Source: Negaprion brevirostris (taxonomy: Eukaryota). From it: DNA of 64,000 nucleotides. A program made the position numbers and the translations under genes. The notes under the pieces were generated by a model. That model saw only the letters and a list, made by a program, of their open reading frames with translations. It had not been told where the DNA came from and searched no databases. Shown here piece after piece: positions 24,296 through 35,790 of the stretch. Every line of letters begins with the position of its first letter. Position 1 is the stretch's first letter. The DNA lies in the NCBI GenBank assembly GCA_030324005.1, contig JARDVH010000042.1, positions 108,207,391 to 108,271,390 on the forward strand, in the 5' to 3' direction.

Positions 24296-25140
24296 ATGAT
24301 ATCTCATTTTAAATGAATCACAGCGGTGTCCAATCCTCATTGGCCACTGAGTTGTCATGGTTCACTAACCAACCCAGTATTATGTCATTTTCTCGGTTTT
24401 AGAACATTATTTCAGAACTCATTAGGCGAGTTGGTGTTAAGTTTGAGGTGATGGATATGTAGCAAACTATATTCTTCTTAATTCAGAGGAGCATCATTAC
24501 TGTTTTTGCACATGAATGCTCATTACTGCAGGTAGCCTAATATTCAGTGTTCTATGCAATGGTGCATGGATAACTGTTCTTAATCTCTATAGTACAAAGT
24601 AATGAATGTTGGGACTGATGCATACATTACTGGAAGTTCACCTTTGAATAATATTTTTTGTCGAGCAGTGAGACAAGTATTTGCTGAGAATAAATCACAG
24701 GAATGATTTTATGCTTTTCATGTTGCTCCATGGAAATTCTGGATCCAATAAAGGAATAGATTAATGAGCAGCAGTTTAATAGCACAGTTTGAAAATTAGC
24801 CAGGGAACACAATGAATCGATTTTATTGCAGATTAAAATAAAACTTATGTATTTTCATTAATTTGAACAAATAGTACCTCTCGTCAATAATCCCAGTTAC
24901 TCAGACAAGAGAGAACCCTCATTAGAGCAGCAAATACTCTATTTGCCTTAGCATTGGGTGATATGGAAATGTCCATCGTCCTTAAAGTTCATTAGGAGTT
25001 TGAAGTTAGTGTCACTCAATTGCACGTGTATTGTGATATTAGTATGTCTTTTTTTTAAAAATCATAGACTGGAGTTCTCCCAAAAAGATTCTAAGTGTCG
25101 AATTTGCTGGAGTAATACATATGGGTTTTTTCCATGGGAG

Positions 25141-25465
25141 TTCATGGAATCATAGAAACCCTACAGTGCAGAAGAAAGCCACCTGACCTATTGAGTCTGC
25201 ACCGACCACAATCCCACCCAGGCCCTACCCCCACATCCTTACACATTTACCTGCTAATCCCTCTAATCCACGCATCTCAGGACACTAATGAACAATTTTA
25301 TCATGGCCAATCAACCTAACCCGCACATCATTGGACTGTCGTAGGAAACCGGAGCACCTGCGGGAAACGCACGCAGACACGAGGAGAATGTGCAAATTCT
25401 ACACAAGCCGGGAATCGAACTCAGATCCCTGGACCTGTGAAGCAGCAGTGCTAACCAATGTGCTA
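25141..25465 (-). mobile_element. HE1 SINE
   Basis: GAATCATAGAAACCCTACAGTGCAGAAG...GGGAATCGAAC...GCAGCAGTGCTAACCA. Confidence 0.9.
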
Positions 25466-25475
25466 NNNNNNNNNN

Positions 25476-26133
25476 CGCCGCCCCCCCCGAGCCCTGGGGG
25501 AGAGGCTGAAATCAGTGTGGTGAGTGGGACTGTGCTCATGCGCTGTGTGCTGAGATTGATGCATGTGCAGTGGCCCTGCACTGACAGTCTCCTAATTGCT
25601 GGCCAGCCTCCACAATGCCTGATTGCTGCTCCCTGCGCTCAACCATTTTTGGGCCTAGCCATGACCCCCCCCCCACCCACCAATCCCATGCAGAGTGGCA
25701 GCGGGATCCCCCACCGACTACCCCTTGGCCCTGCCCCCATCAGACTCCGACACCTTGGCATTGCCCACTGGGCATGATGCAGGGGACCCAGGCAGGCACT
25801 ACCCTGCCTGCAGCCCCAGCCTCTGGGGGCTCCGATTGCCCCTCCTTTATTCCAGCAGGGTCAGGCTGCTAGTTCCCCGTTAGTGGGGAGCTACTGTAAC
25901 CCCTGATGGGGTGGTTCACGCCAGTGGGGGGTGGGGGGGAAGTATAGATATTAGCGGGCCCAGAGACTTCAGTCCTGGGCCAACTAATCTTATTGAAATC
26001 ATGTTCAAATGACTATTTAAAATTTCTTTGGTGTGGATCTGATGTCACCGCCAAGGGAGAGCTCTGCAAATTGACCAACGCGACAATCTCCTGGCCAGCT
26101 GCGCTAAAAAATTAGGGCAGGAGAATCACAGCC
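25476..26133. mobile_element. GC-rich non-autonomous Harbinger-like element
   Basis: Body similar to 32234-33173; ends GGAGAATCACAGCC, the reverse complement of the TIR type seen at 21665. Confidence 0.6.
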
Positions 26134-26189
26134 ATGATCTCTGGATCTCTCACAGCTTCAGTGTTTCACATTGCTGCTGAGCTATATAC

Positions 26190-26903
26190 TAGATGCCCTT
26201 TTATTGCTCCTTAAGTAGCTTAAATGGGGGCCTCAGGTATTTCCTGAGATTAGTTTTATCACCCTGCATTGTGAGGCTGAAAACTGGTTGGCAGGTCAGA
26301 TGACAGGAGTTCTTTTATTTTCAGTTCTGAGCTGCAGGTCAGTTTTTTGAAGAGACAGTGCTTCTGTCTCTCCCTGGTTCTGGAAATTCTGTGAGTTAGC
26401 TGAAAGCCTTCCTGGAGTAGAAAATCTGCTGTTGGTTGCTTCACCAGAGTCTACCTGTGGTTCTGGGGGCGGGACCCATCCCTGTTGGAGAGTTCTGTGT
26501 GTGTTTTCAGAGGCTATAAGAACTTACAAGACTGAGAGTTTTAAATTCTTCAATCAAAAGACTGAATTCCATGTCACGTGAGCATTAGACTTGGTTGTGT
26601 TGAATTTGTTTAAAGGGTTTTGTCTATGGAAGGTTTTGGTGTCATTTGAATGTAGATACATTTGTTAAGGGTTATACATTATCGCAGTTCAGTTATTGTT
26701 TGTAATTGATATAAGTTATCACAAATTTTCTTTCCANNNNNTGTTGATGTGATCGGCGCAACTCGTGGGCCGAAGGGCCTGTTTGTGCTGTAGTGTTCTA
26801 TGTTCTATGTTCTATGCTTATTCTGGCCAAATTCAAGGTGCAGAAAGTATGATCCAGTCAGGCTCCATAAAACACTTCGGAGTTTCTGACCTGAACCATA
26901 ACA
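26190..26903 (+). mobile_element. Probable solo LTR (Gypsy-type), with a CR1 tail fragment at 26745-26816
   Basis: LTR-like composition ending ...GGAGTTTCTGACCTGAACCATAACA; 5' boundary uncertain. Confidence 0.4.
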
Positions 26904-27124
26904 GTATCATTGGAAATGCATGTGTCTAACGAATACATAATTGTTGTAATATAATTTAAATGATCAATCTTTCCCTCAGCCTCTCAACCTTTATTCCCAC
27001 CCTTCAAGATGACTGTTCAACTTATCTCCATTTGTTCTAATATCTTCTTCTCTGCCCTGGTGTGAAATTTTAGCAGTGTTGCTGTGAAGTGTCTTGGGAT
27101 GTTTTATCACGTATAAAACCCTAC

Positions 27125-27315
27125 ATTAGTAGAAGCAGGAGTACTCTATTCACCCATTGAGCCTGCTCTGCCATTCATTTTGATCATGGCTGATCAACAG
27201 AGTCAATATCCTGATCCTTCCTTCTCCCCATATCCCTTGATCCCTTTAGCCCCAAGAGCTATATTTAATTTCTTCTTGAAATCACACAATGTTTTGGCCT
27301 CAACAATTTACTGTT
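27125..27315 (-). mobile_element. CR1 LINE 3' end
   Basis: Reverse complement of the tail at 52480-52650 (GATCATGGCTGATC...CCCCATATCCCTTGATCCCTTTAGCCCCAAGAGC). Confidence 0.8.
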
Positions 27316-27366
27316 CCTCAGAAAATCGAGGTTCTATTTCAGCTGAGTGACATTTGCAATGACTTC

Positions 27367-27585
27367 ACAGAATTCATAGAATCCCTACAGTGCAGAAGGA
27401 GGCTTTTCAGCCCATCGAGTCTGCACTGCCCACAATCTCTGAACCCGCATCCCCTCATACTTACCATGCTCATCCCCCTGTCTCTAGGGTTAATTTAGCA
27501 TGGCCAGTCAACTCAATCCACACATCCCTGGACTGTGGGAGGAAACTGGAGCACCCGGAGGAAACCCACGCAGGCACGGAGGAAA
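27367..27585 (-). mobile_element. HE1 SINE 3' fragment
   Basis: CATAGAATCCCTACAGTGCAGAAGGAGGC...GGAAACTGGAGCACCCGGAGGAAACCCACGCAG. Confidence 0.85.
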
Positions 27586-28022
27586 ACGCTTAAACTTTTG
27601 AAAAGCTTTTAAAAAGAAAACTCTTCCTAACATATCCCTTCTGTAATTTTCTTTCAAGATTTTGGGGACAAGGTTTTGGCAGATGTAGTGATCGTGCTGC
27701 CCAAAGGGGATACTTTGTGTTCTGCAGTAAAACTAAAGTTGCAGTTAATGTCTGCGGCTAGCAAATATTGTTTCTGCCTCAATTACCATTTAAGCCTTTC
27801 CATTTCTTTTTGAAAATGTATCTAAGGGTCCTTTCCCTTCATGTCAGCAATGTACTTTAACATTCAGCTTTAAAAAGATGCAACACAGTTTGCAGGTGCG
27901 GTTAAGCTACCTGCAATGCATGCACAGTGTAGTTGTAATTAGTGCATTACACGTAAGCTAGTTACTTTATCATTTGTTTCCTCATCTGTACACAGAATTA
28001 GAACTTTAGTGCTCTGGAAACT

Positions 28023-28190
28023 GAGCACAGTAAGAAGTCTGACAACACCAGGTTAAAGTCCAAGAGATTTGTTCATCAGGTGAGCAGTGCTCCAAAAACT
28101 CGTGATGCCAATAAACTTGTTGAACTTTAACCTGGTGTTGTGAGAATTCTCGTGTGCCCACCTCAATCTAACGCTGCATCTCCACATCAC
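28023..28190. mobile_element. Penelope-like palindromic remnant (second family)
   Basis: Inverted arms ACAACACCAGGTTAAAGTCCAA / TTGAACTTTAACCTGGTGTTGT; end GCATCTCCACATCA. Confidence 0.6.
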
Positions 28191-28494
28191 GGAAGTTGAG
28201 GATTGTTCAAAATCAGCGGCGAGATTTTTGGCTGCAATAATGTGTGTCTTTTATCATCTCAAACTATCAGTCACCATACTGAATGTAAGGTACTAACTTC
28301 ACTGCCATAATCATTTTGTGTCAATTCCTGCTATTTTTCAACTTAAAAACCATTTTCTTCGCCAAGTTCATAAGTGCAGTAACTTTCTGATCTATGAATG
28401 GTTTTTTGGCTGCACTTCTCCATCGTGGGTGAATGAAAATGCGAGCCTGGGAATAATTGTAGAAACGCGCCACAGATTTGATTGCAACGCAGAA

Positions 28495-28592
28495 AGGTGA
28501 ATATCTGGACAGTAGGGTGGCACAGTGATTAGCACTGCTGCCTCACAGCGCCAGGGACCCAGGCTCGATTGCTGGTTTGGGTCACTGTCTGT
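28495..28592 (+). mobile_element. HE1 SINE head (rest in gap)
   Basis: GGTGGCACAGTGATTAGCACTGCTGCCTCACAGCGCCAGGGACCC. Confidence 0.85.
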
Positions 28593-29615
28593 NNNNNNNN
28601 NNNNNNNNNNNNNNNNNNNNNNNNNNNNNNNNNNNNNNNNNNNNNNNNNNNNNNNNNNNNNNNNNNNNNNNNNNNNNNNNNNNNNNNNNNNNNNNNNNNN
28701 NNNNNNNNNNNTTTCGCCATTTAAGTAATAGTCCTTCCTACCATTATTCCTACCAAAGTGGACCACCTCGCACTTGCCAATATATAAACTTTAAACTTTA
28801 ATTAGCACAGTACAACAGAGTACACAGTGGTTGCTTTGCACTTGAGCTATTTGTTTCACTCAAAACTTTGAAATTAAGGTCAAGCCCTGTTAGAAATAGC
28901 TGCTAATTGTCGAGCCTTTTCCCATCTCCTGCTAGCAGTTCCGTTAAGAAGAATGTATAAGTATAGCAATGTGGTGGAATAGATTTCAATATCCATGTGA
29001 CTAATTCTTGAAACAAACTTTGTCAGATATTGACATGTTAGAATTGTGCCTTTCAAATTTGGACATCTTGCAAAATTGAAACTCCTAAGTTGATCGTTAC
29101 AGTGAACTGCATAATAACTTCTGAAAGTAAATGAAAATGGTTTTGCCAGAGACATTGGTGGAATTCATATTTGTGTTTGTATGTGTGTGGGTGTGAACTT
29201 GGGTATTAGATGCTGCACAGTACTCAGATAAGCTGCTGTAAAGTACACTCTGTACTACATGTGGGATCACCCGACATGGGAGGGAGTTGAAAGTCAGAGG
29301 AGGAGTTAGTCAGCATGGGGGAATTAAATGATGCTGTTCTTGCAGTTACATCTGTGACTTTGAGAGTCGTTCTTTCAGCCCAAGTTGTGGTATTTGTGAC
29401 AAGGATAAATATGGAGATATTTAGGATTGTGCCCTGTCATTTACTGGAGCTGGTATGTCTACAGTCTGGGAAATTAAGTGTTTGATCTGACGGGTGATGA
29501 TGGTACCATCTCCATAAAAGGCAAAGTTTGGCTGAAGGAGGAGTTTTGAAGTGTATGCTGACAGTCCTGGTCTGCTTTTGGGCAGGGTGATGGTGGCGCA
29601 GAAAGCATAGCAATG

Positions 29616-29784
29616 GGCCTTTTGGCTAAGATCAAGTGTCAGATCAAGCCCAAGGTGGGGTGCAATGCCTTTTCTTGTCTCGTTTGGGTCTCATTTGTCT
29701 CTCTTGTGAGCCATGAATTGGATTCAATTTGAATTTGGTTTTTGGAACAAGCAGGAAATGGATTCGGGTCTGCCAGGTGCACTC
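29616..29784 (+). pseudogene. U2 snRNA-derived sequence (diverged, with internal insertion)
   Basis: 29616-29639 GGCCTTTTGGCTAAGATCAAGTGT is identical to U2 nt 11-34. After ~25-30 inserted nt, weaker collinear similarity continues, including the Sm-site-like GGTTTTTGGA (29737-29746) and AAATGGATT...TGCACTC resembling U2 stem III. Confidence 0.7.
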
Positions 29785-29809
29785 TGTATTAGCTTTATAG
29801 CTTTCAATA

Positions 29810-30222
29810 TACAAGACCGCAAGAAACTACAAAGGATTGTGAACATAGCCCAGTCCATCATGCAAAACCAGCCTCCCATCCATTGGCTCAGTCTACACTT
29901 CCCACTACGTTGGAAAAAAACAGCATAATCTAGGGTCCCTGGGTATATTCTTTTCCACCTCCTCCTGTCAGGAAAATGATACAAAAGTCTGAGATCATGT
30001 GCTAACTGACTCAAGAACAGCTTCTTTCCTGCTGTCATTAGACTTTTGAATGGTCTTGTTATGTATTAAGCTGATCTTTCTCTTTGCCCTGCCTGTAACT
30101 GCACTCTCTCCTTTTCCTTCTCCCCAATGTACTTAATGAACTGTATGCTTTGTATAGCACACAAGTAACAATACTTTTCACTGTACGCCAATATGTGTGT
30201 CAATAATAAACCCAATCAAATC
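29810..30222 (+). mobile_element. Rex1/Babar-type LINE 3' end
   Basis: Peptide QDRKKLQRIVNIAQSI...LLLSG...LKNSFFPAVIRLLN; tail AATAATAAA..(AATC)n. Confidence 0.8.
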
Positions 30223-30232
30223 TATATGAGAT

Positions 30233-31600
30233 GACCTGTACCCATTGAGGAAGTGTGTTTTCAGAGGCAGCAATGCAGTAGTAGCACAAAAGCGGAGGCC
30301 AAGACCACTGATACTGGCTTATGAAGGTCACTTGGGAGCGGCTGATACAAAGCAAACCTTTATAAACAAGGAATGGAGAAAAATGTGGAACAGTATGTCA
30401 AAACATGTCATGATGTCAACCAATCCACCAGAAGTAGTGTGCAGGATGTAGCAGCTGACTACATCCATCAGGAGAGTCCAAAATCTCATATAGATTTGAT
30501 TTATTATTGACACACATATTGGCATACAGTGAAAAGTATTGTTTCTTGTGTGCTATACGAAGCATACAGTTCATTAAGTACGTTGAGGAGAAGGAAAAGG
30601 AGAGGGTGCAGTTACAGGCAGGGCAAAGAGAAAGATCATGGACTGTTGGACCATGGGAGGATGTAGCAGTTGATTACATCCATCAGGAGAGTCCAAACTA
30701 GTGGTCGATTGACTTATATAGTTGTTACCATGAGTATGTTGCGATGAAGTCTACTACAGTGGAGAAAACACTGTTTGCAGTGACTGAAATGTTTGCAAGG
30801 CGTGACCTAGCAGTCATTCAGCATTTACTTAATGGGCCGCAATTTCCTCAAAAGATCATGGTAGGTTAGATGTGAGTCACAGTCATTCACCATCACAGAA
30901 TAACACCTAAATGGTTGCAGGCAAATGGGAAGTGAAACGACAAAGCCATTTCTTAAAGAAATGGATCACAGTTGTTCAGTCTGAGGGCAAAATTTGGAAG
31001 GAGGAACTGCTGCCATATTTGACTACTTATAGATCACCTCCCGTCACTATGAAGAGAGAGCTCAGCTGAGTTACTATTTGGACACAAAATACATACCAAG
31101 ATGCCAGAGCTGAGTGGCTTTAGTGTTGATAGTGATGTTGATAAAAAGAGTGCTGCAAAGCTTAATGCAGACCACACAAGTGGAGGTAGACCAACCTGAT
31201 GTGATGCCAGTTGATGAAGTACTGCTGCAACAGCAAAGTCCAAGTTAGATGGATATGCCATTTTACCCCAAGGCATACACTGCCATTGCCAAGGAGGGAA
31301 ACAGTGTGACTGTGCAGTCGCTAGAAGGAGTGCTGTCTGGCAGAAATTCTTCATGTGTTAGAAAGTACCATGGTGACAAAAGCACAACAGCAGATGAATC
31401 AGATGTAGGCAGACAGACAGCTTGCTATCCAGAGGGATAAACATTGGTTCCAGAGGAGACTGGGTTGCTTTTGAATCCTGATGGAATGACCAGAAGTCCT
31501 GAGACAGCAGGCAGACCATAACATGAGAGGAGGCGACCAGAGCAACATGAAATTTTGTGTAACAGAAAATGAAGTTGCAATCAGTTTGGAGCAATAATTT
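30233..31600 (+). mobile_element. Decayed Gypsy LTR-retrotransposon pol (integrase) remnant
   Basis: Broken frames give LAYEGHLG (HHCC region), PWEDVAVDY, WKEELLPYLTTYRS, SAELLFGHKIHTKMPEL and PFYPKAYTAIAKEGNSVTVQS...RNSSCVRKY. Confidence 0.7.
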
Positions 31601-31635
31601 GTCATATAGACAATGTAATTGTAAATTGTAAAAAT

Positions 31636-31970
31636 GGGCAGCATGGCAGCACAGTGGTTAGAATTCCTGCCACACAGCACCAGGGATCTGGGTTCAATTT
31701 CAGCTTCAGGTCGCTGTCTGTGTGGCGTTTGTACATTTTCCCCATGTCTGCTTGTAATTCCTCCAGGTGCTCTGGTTTCCTCCTGCAGTCCAAAGCTATG
31801 TAGGTTAGGTTGATTGGCCATGTTAAATTGCCCCTTAATGTCAGGGTGACTAGCAGGATAAATACATGGGGTTACGGGGATAGGGCCCAAGTGGGATTGT
31901 TGTCGGTGCAGGCTTGATGGGCCGAATGGTCTCCTCCTGCACTGTTGAGATTCTATGAATCTATGATTCT
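31636..31970 (+). mobile_element. HE1 SINE, full length (tail A)
   Basis: GGGCAGCATGGCAGCACAGTGGTTAG...GCACTGTTGAGATTCTATGAATCTATGATTCT. Confidence 0.9.
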
Positions 31971-32233
31971 AACAACAAATATTGCCTAGATGTGAAGTTT
32001 GATGTGCTGTGATTATATTCAGAGCAAATGGGTGTACAAATACCACTGTACTTGTGATTTTGAAGTTCCTGTTTGAGATGTTTACAAATACAGGAGAAAA
32101 GCACATAAAGAGATACAAGGAGGGCGTGATAACGCCACAAGAAAGCAATTGGCGTGGATCATTGAGGAACATTGAATTACGTACTGATTGCTATCACAAG
32201 GGATGTCACAGTTAAATAGTGAAAGAAATAATT

Positions 32234-33173
32234 GGGGTGGAGGATTCTTCCAAAAGTGTTGAATTGGCAGGAAAACTGTTTTTTCACTGTAACTTCAGTC
32301 CCGAATCTCCCCACTCTGTGCACTTTGTCCCAATCATGAATATCATTAAAAACCCGCAGGGCGCGGGGCCTATTTGTGCCAGAGTTTGACAGTTCTGGAA
32401 CTCTGCGAATGCTCAGTGGCCCTGATCTGTCAATTTCCCGGATCGCTAACCAGACTGGGACCTCCTCAGTGCCTCCCCCACGACCTGATTGCAGCCCAAG
32501 ACAATTCCCAGGCTAGCCCCGACCACCTCCTGTCCAAGAGCGCCCAATGTTCAGTCCACCTACCCCCAGCAGTGGCGATTTCTGCAAACTTCCAGGAAAA
32601 CACCCCCCCCCCCACATCACCAGTCCACCCCCATCATGGCCTCCCTCCTGCCCAGATGGATCCCCATGCAAAGTGGCAAGGGACCCCACCCACCCCCACC
32701 ATTCATCCCCTAGGACTTGCCCACAATAGGCCCCACCCCTTGGCAGTGCCTGATGCCAAATGGGCAGTGCCAAGATGGCCCCGTGCATGGGCACTTTACC
32801 CCTTGGGAAGTATGCAGAGGCTGGTACTACCAGGGTGCCCAGGCTCAGGGGCACCCCTGATGTCCAAACCCCTGGGGGACCCTGATTGCTCCCCCTTCAC
32901 TCTGACGGGGTCTCTTGCTAGTTCCCCGGAAGTACTCCTGGTGGGATGGGAGGTGCTATCAGGCCCAGTATTAAAAATACACTTATAACGGATTAAAATA
33001 AATTGCTTCTCTTCCTGCCAGTTTCCAGCTCGGTCCCGACTGTTCCTGTTCCCTGGCTCTGGGAGATGCACGTGCGTCGGAATGCACGTGCGAATCCCGC
33101 AATATGGCCAACACCCACATCACCTAACCCGACCTGCCAGAAAATTTGCAGATCACGATGAGAGAATCGCCTC
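32234..33173. mobile_element. Non-autonomous Harbinger-like element
   Basis: TIR-like GGGGTGGAGGATTCTTCC / GAGAATCGCCTC; C-rich GGCA/TGCC body shared with 25476-26133. Confidence 0.6.
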
Positions 33174-33971
33174 TAACAGTTCCAAAAGGTGGAATCCTGA
33201 ACAAGAAGAGTGGAATTATACTGATCTTACCTTACGTTCATATTTGAAAGATATTGGTTTACTTATTAAGCTGAGGAAATAATTATTTGTTCGGTTCAGT
33301 TTGTTTGTAAAATTTATTGCAGTATGTTAATAAGAGACAGAGGCTAAGTTGCATACACTAAGCAGAAAGATTAAGGGAATGTCTTTAGTCCAGTAAGGGA
33401 GGGATGTCATGGTGGTGGCTGGTGTGTGTGTGTGGACTTCAGAATCAAATACAACACAGTATTGAGGTAAAATACTTAAGGTATTCAATTTCATATATGA
33501 GGTCATCTAACCCGACGATGGTGTTGAAGATCAAAATGCACATGTCAGGGAATTAGCCAACATGACAGATTCAATGTTGTTCTTGCATTTAACTGTGACT
33601 TTTGAGTATGGTTATTTCAGATTGAGGTATGATGATGCTCTGTCAATTTTGGTATGAATTTCTCTTAAGATCAGAGTTTTTTAATGCAGTGCTTAAAACT
33701 TGAGAAAATCCTCTTGTGGAAAACTTTTTGAATATGAATGTTGATGAGTTAACCATACAAAGTACACTTCATTTGTTTCTATAAATAAGCTATGAATAAT
33801 GTGTTCTTTTTTGGATCAAAAGGAAAGCTTTGCTTATGAGAAATCTGGAAATGATTGAATTGCTCACGATATATTATCCGTGCAAGTATTTTAATAGAAT
33901 TTCATGCTTGTTGATAAAACAATCAATGTCCCTATAAAATAAACAAAGGTCTTGATCTTCATAGAATCATA

Positions 33972-34125
33972 GATATTCTGGCTGTCCACACTGGTGTGAT
34001 CTTCTGATTCCCACCAGCATGGGGATTGAGTCAATGTGAAATCCCATTGATAGTGTTGGGACCAGAAGATCCCACTGCTGGCCAATGGTGTGCCAAAACA
34101 TCACGAGGAGGCCAGACAATCCCGA
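33972..34125. mobile_element. Short hairpin MITE
   Basis: Internal inverted pair GATCTTCTGATTCCCAC / GGGACCAGAAGATC; similar to 63140-63349. Confidence 0.5.
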
Positions 34126-34719
34126 CTGAAGTCATTATTTATTTCTCATTGTGAGTTTAATGTCTTTCTCTTAATGGCAAAATAAACTTTTTCAGAGATA
34201 GGTAACTTTGTCTTCTTTGCAACCGGCCTTGGGAAGGCAGCAGCCAGGTTGTCTTGTCAGCTACATTTTGCTGGTTTTGGACTCTTGCTGTAGCTTCCCA
34301 ATGGATTTGGGGCAGACGTACAAAGCGCCCATCCAAAGACTTTTGTACTTTTATAAAAGGAGTCAGCGAAGGGATGTGTGGCATTTCCCCACCCCCCCAA
34401 ACTCATCTGCACAAACTTAATGGAAAGGTAGCCCTCGGATATGAGAGACTTAAAATTGCCCAAAATAAAAACAAACCTATTTTGGGTCTCATCAGCCCTC
34501 CTTGTAACTTTGTAAAATAATTTTTGCATTCAACTTTGTGCCAACTTTGCTTTTGTTTTAATCACTACGTTTTTTTGAAACCATTGTGTTTCTCAATCAG
34601 AATGTTTCAAGTTGACTTTGTTGGAGGAAGAGGAGAAATGAATTCAGAGACTTCCTACTGGTGTTAGCATCCACACCTGCTCCTGCACAGATTGTTAGTG
34701 TACGTTGTCCAGTAATGTT

Positions 34720-35150
34720 AGTCTTGGCTCACTGGTAATGTCTCTGAGTCGGAAGATTGTGGTTTCAACTTTTACAGAAAGTTCAGGCTCTATTTCGGAC
34801 AGATGTTCCAATGCAGTATTCAGGGAGTGCTGTATTATGAGAGGTACTGTCTTTCACGTGAAACATCTGCCACGTTGGACGAGCTGAAAAATTCCATGGC
34901 ATTATTTTAAGAAGGACACAGAGTTCTCCTGTGATCTGGCCCATATTTATCTCTCACCCAACATCACTGGGCAAAATAAATGATCTTATCATGTGCCTCC
35001 CCACTCTTTGTGGGAGTGCAAATTGCCTGCCACATTTTCCAACATTGCAGCAATGACTATATTCCGTAAGTATTTCATTGACTGTGAAATGCTTTGGGGC
35101 ATCCTGAGATTATGAAAAATGCTGTACTGAATAAATGCATTTTTCCCTTT
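34720..35150 (+). mobile_element. DeuSINE (SacSINE1-like), old full-length copy
   Basis: TCTGAGTCGGAAGATTGTGGTTTCAA...CAATGCAGTATTCAGGGAGTGCTG...TGCTTTGGGGCATCCTGAG...ATAAATGCA. Confidence 0.7.
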
Positions 35151-35539
35151 TCAGCAGATCCTGTGTAGGTGGAGTTTCCAATCAGAGGCTGTGGACAGCA
35201 GACCCGTGGTGGCAACACTACCTTATGAGATGTAAATGCCTGACTAACGGTTCTGCTGGGTCAGCATTCAGGCTCGCCCAAATTGAGAAAGGCTTGCTTT
35301 ACATGATACTACATGAAAGAAGAATCATATCCCTACCTAATGGTCCCTTTTCCTTCATCTTGACCTATCACTTTTTTAAAATTGTCTTCTCCTGAAGCAT
35401 TGGAAAAGGCTGATAATGGTTTGAAATGCCTTTTAAGATTTGCCAAAATTTCTTGAATTGTTGTCCTCTTGGCCAATTTAATTCATCCTCCTCCCTGCCT
35501 CTTCCCCCATCCTACCCCCATTGTTATTGTGGATTTAAT

Positions 35540-35790
35540 TGATATCTCAACATGAGATCCTGACACTTGTATGTTTAAACATGAATCATTTAATAATCTT
35601 TGACTGTGTACACATCCCAGTTACTGTCATGGTGCTGCTAGCTCCATGCAAGCTGATTCTAGAGTGTCCTCTGTGCCTATTACCGTGTGACTCTGTACAG
35701 CAAACTATGGGTGGTGCTATTCTTTAGCCATGTGTTAACCCTTGCTATGCTGAGCACCTTTAATTGTAATGGCATATCAGCACATACATC
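35540..35790. repeat. Diverged direct repeat, copy 1 (partner 38260-38620)
   Basis: Collinear with copy 2: ATGAGATCCTGACACTTGTATGTTTAAA...GAATCATTTA...ATCCCAGTTACTGTCATGGTGC...ATTCTAGA...TATTACCGTGTGAC...ACTATGGG...AACCCTT. Confidence 0.8.

Noticed and set aside
29616-29784. Functional U2 snRNA gene
   Set aside because: First 10 nt missing, branch-point-pairing sequence disrupted, 3' stem absent, and no PSE or 3' box recognised.
32374-32988. 204-aa Pro-rich ORF (also 1556-2029, 25331-25777)
   Set aside because: Lies within GC-rich non-autonomous transposon or SINE sequence; no domain features.
34340-34365. TATAAAAG box as a promoter
   Set aside because: Isolated motif with no downstream exon or ORF support.
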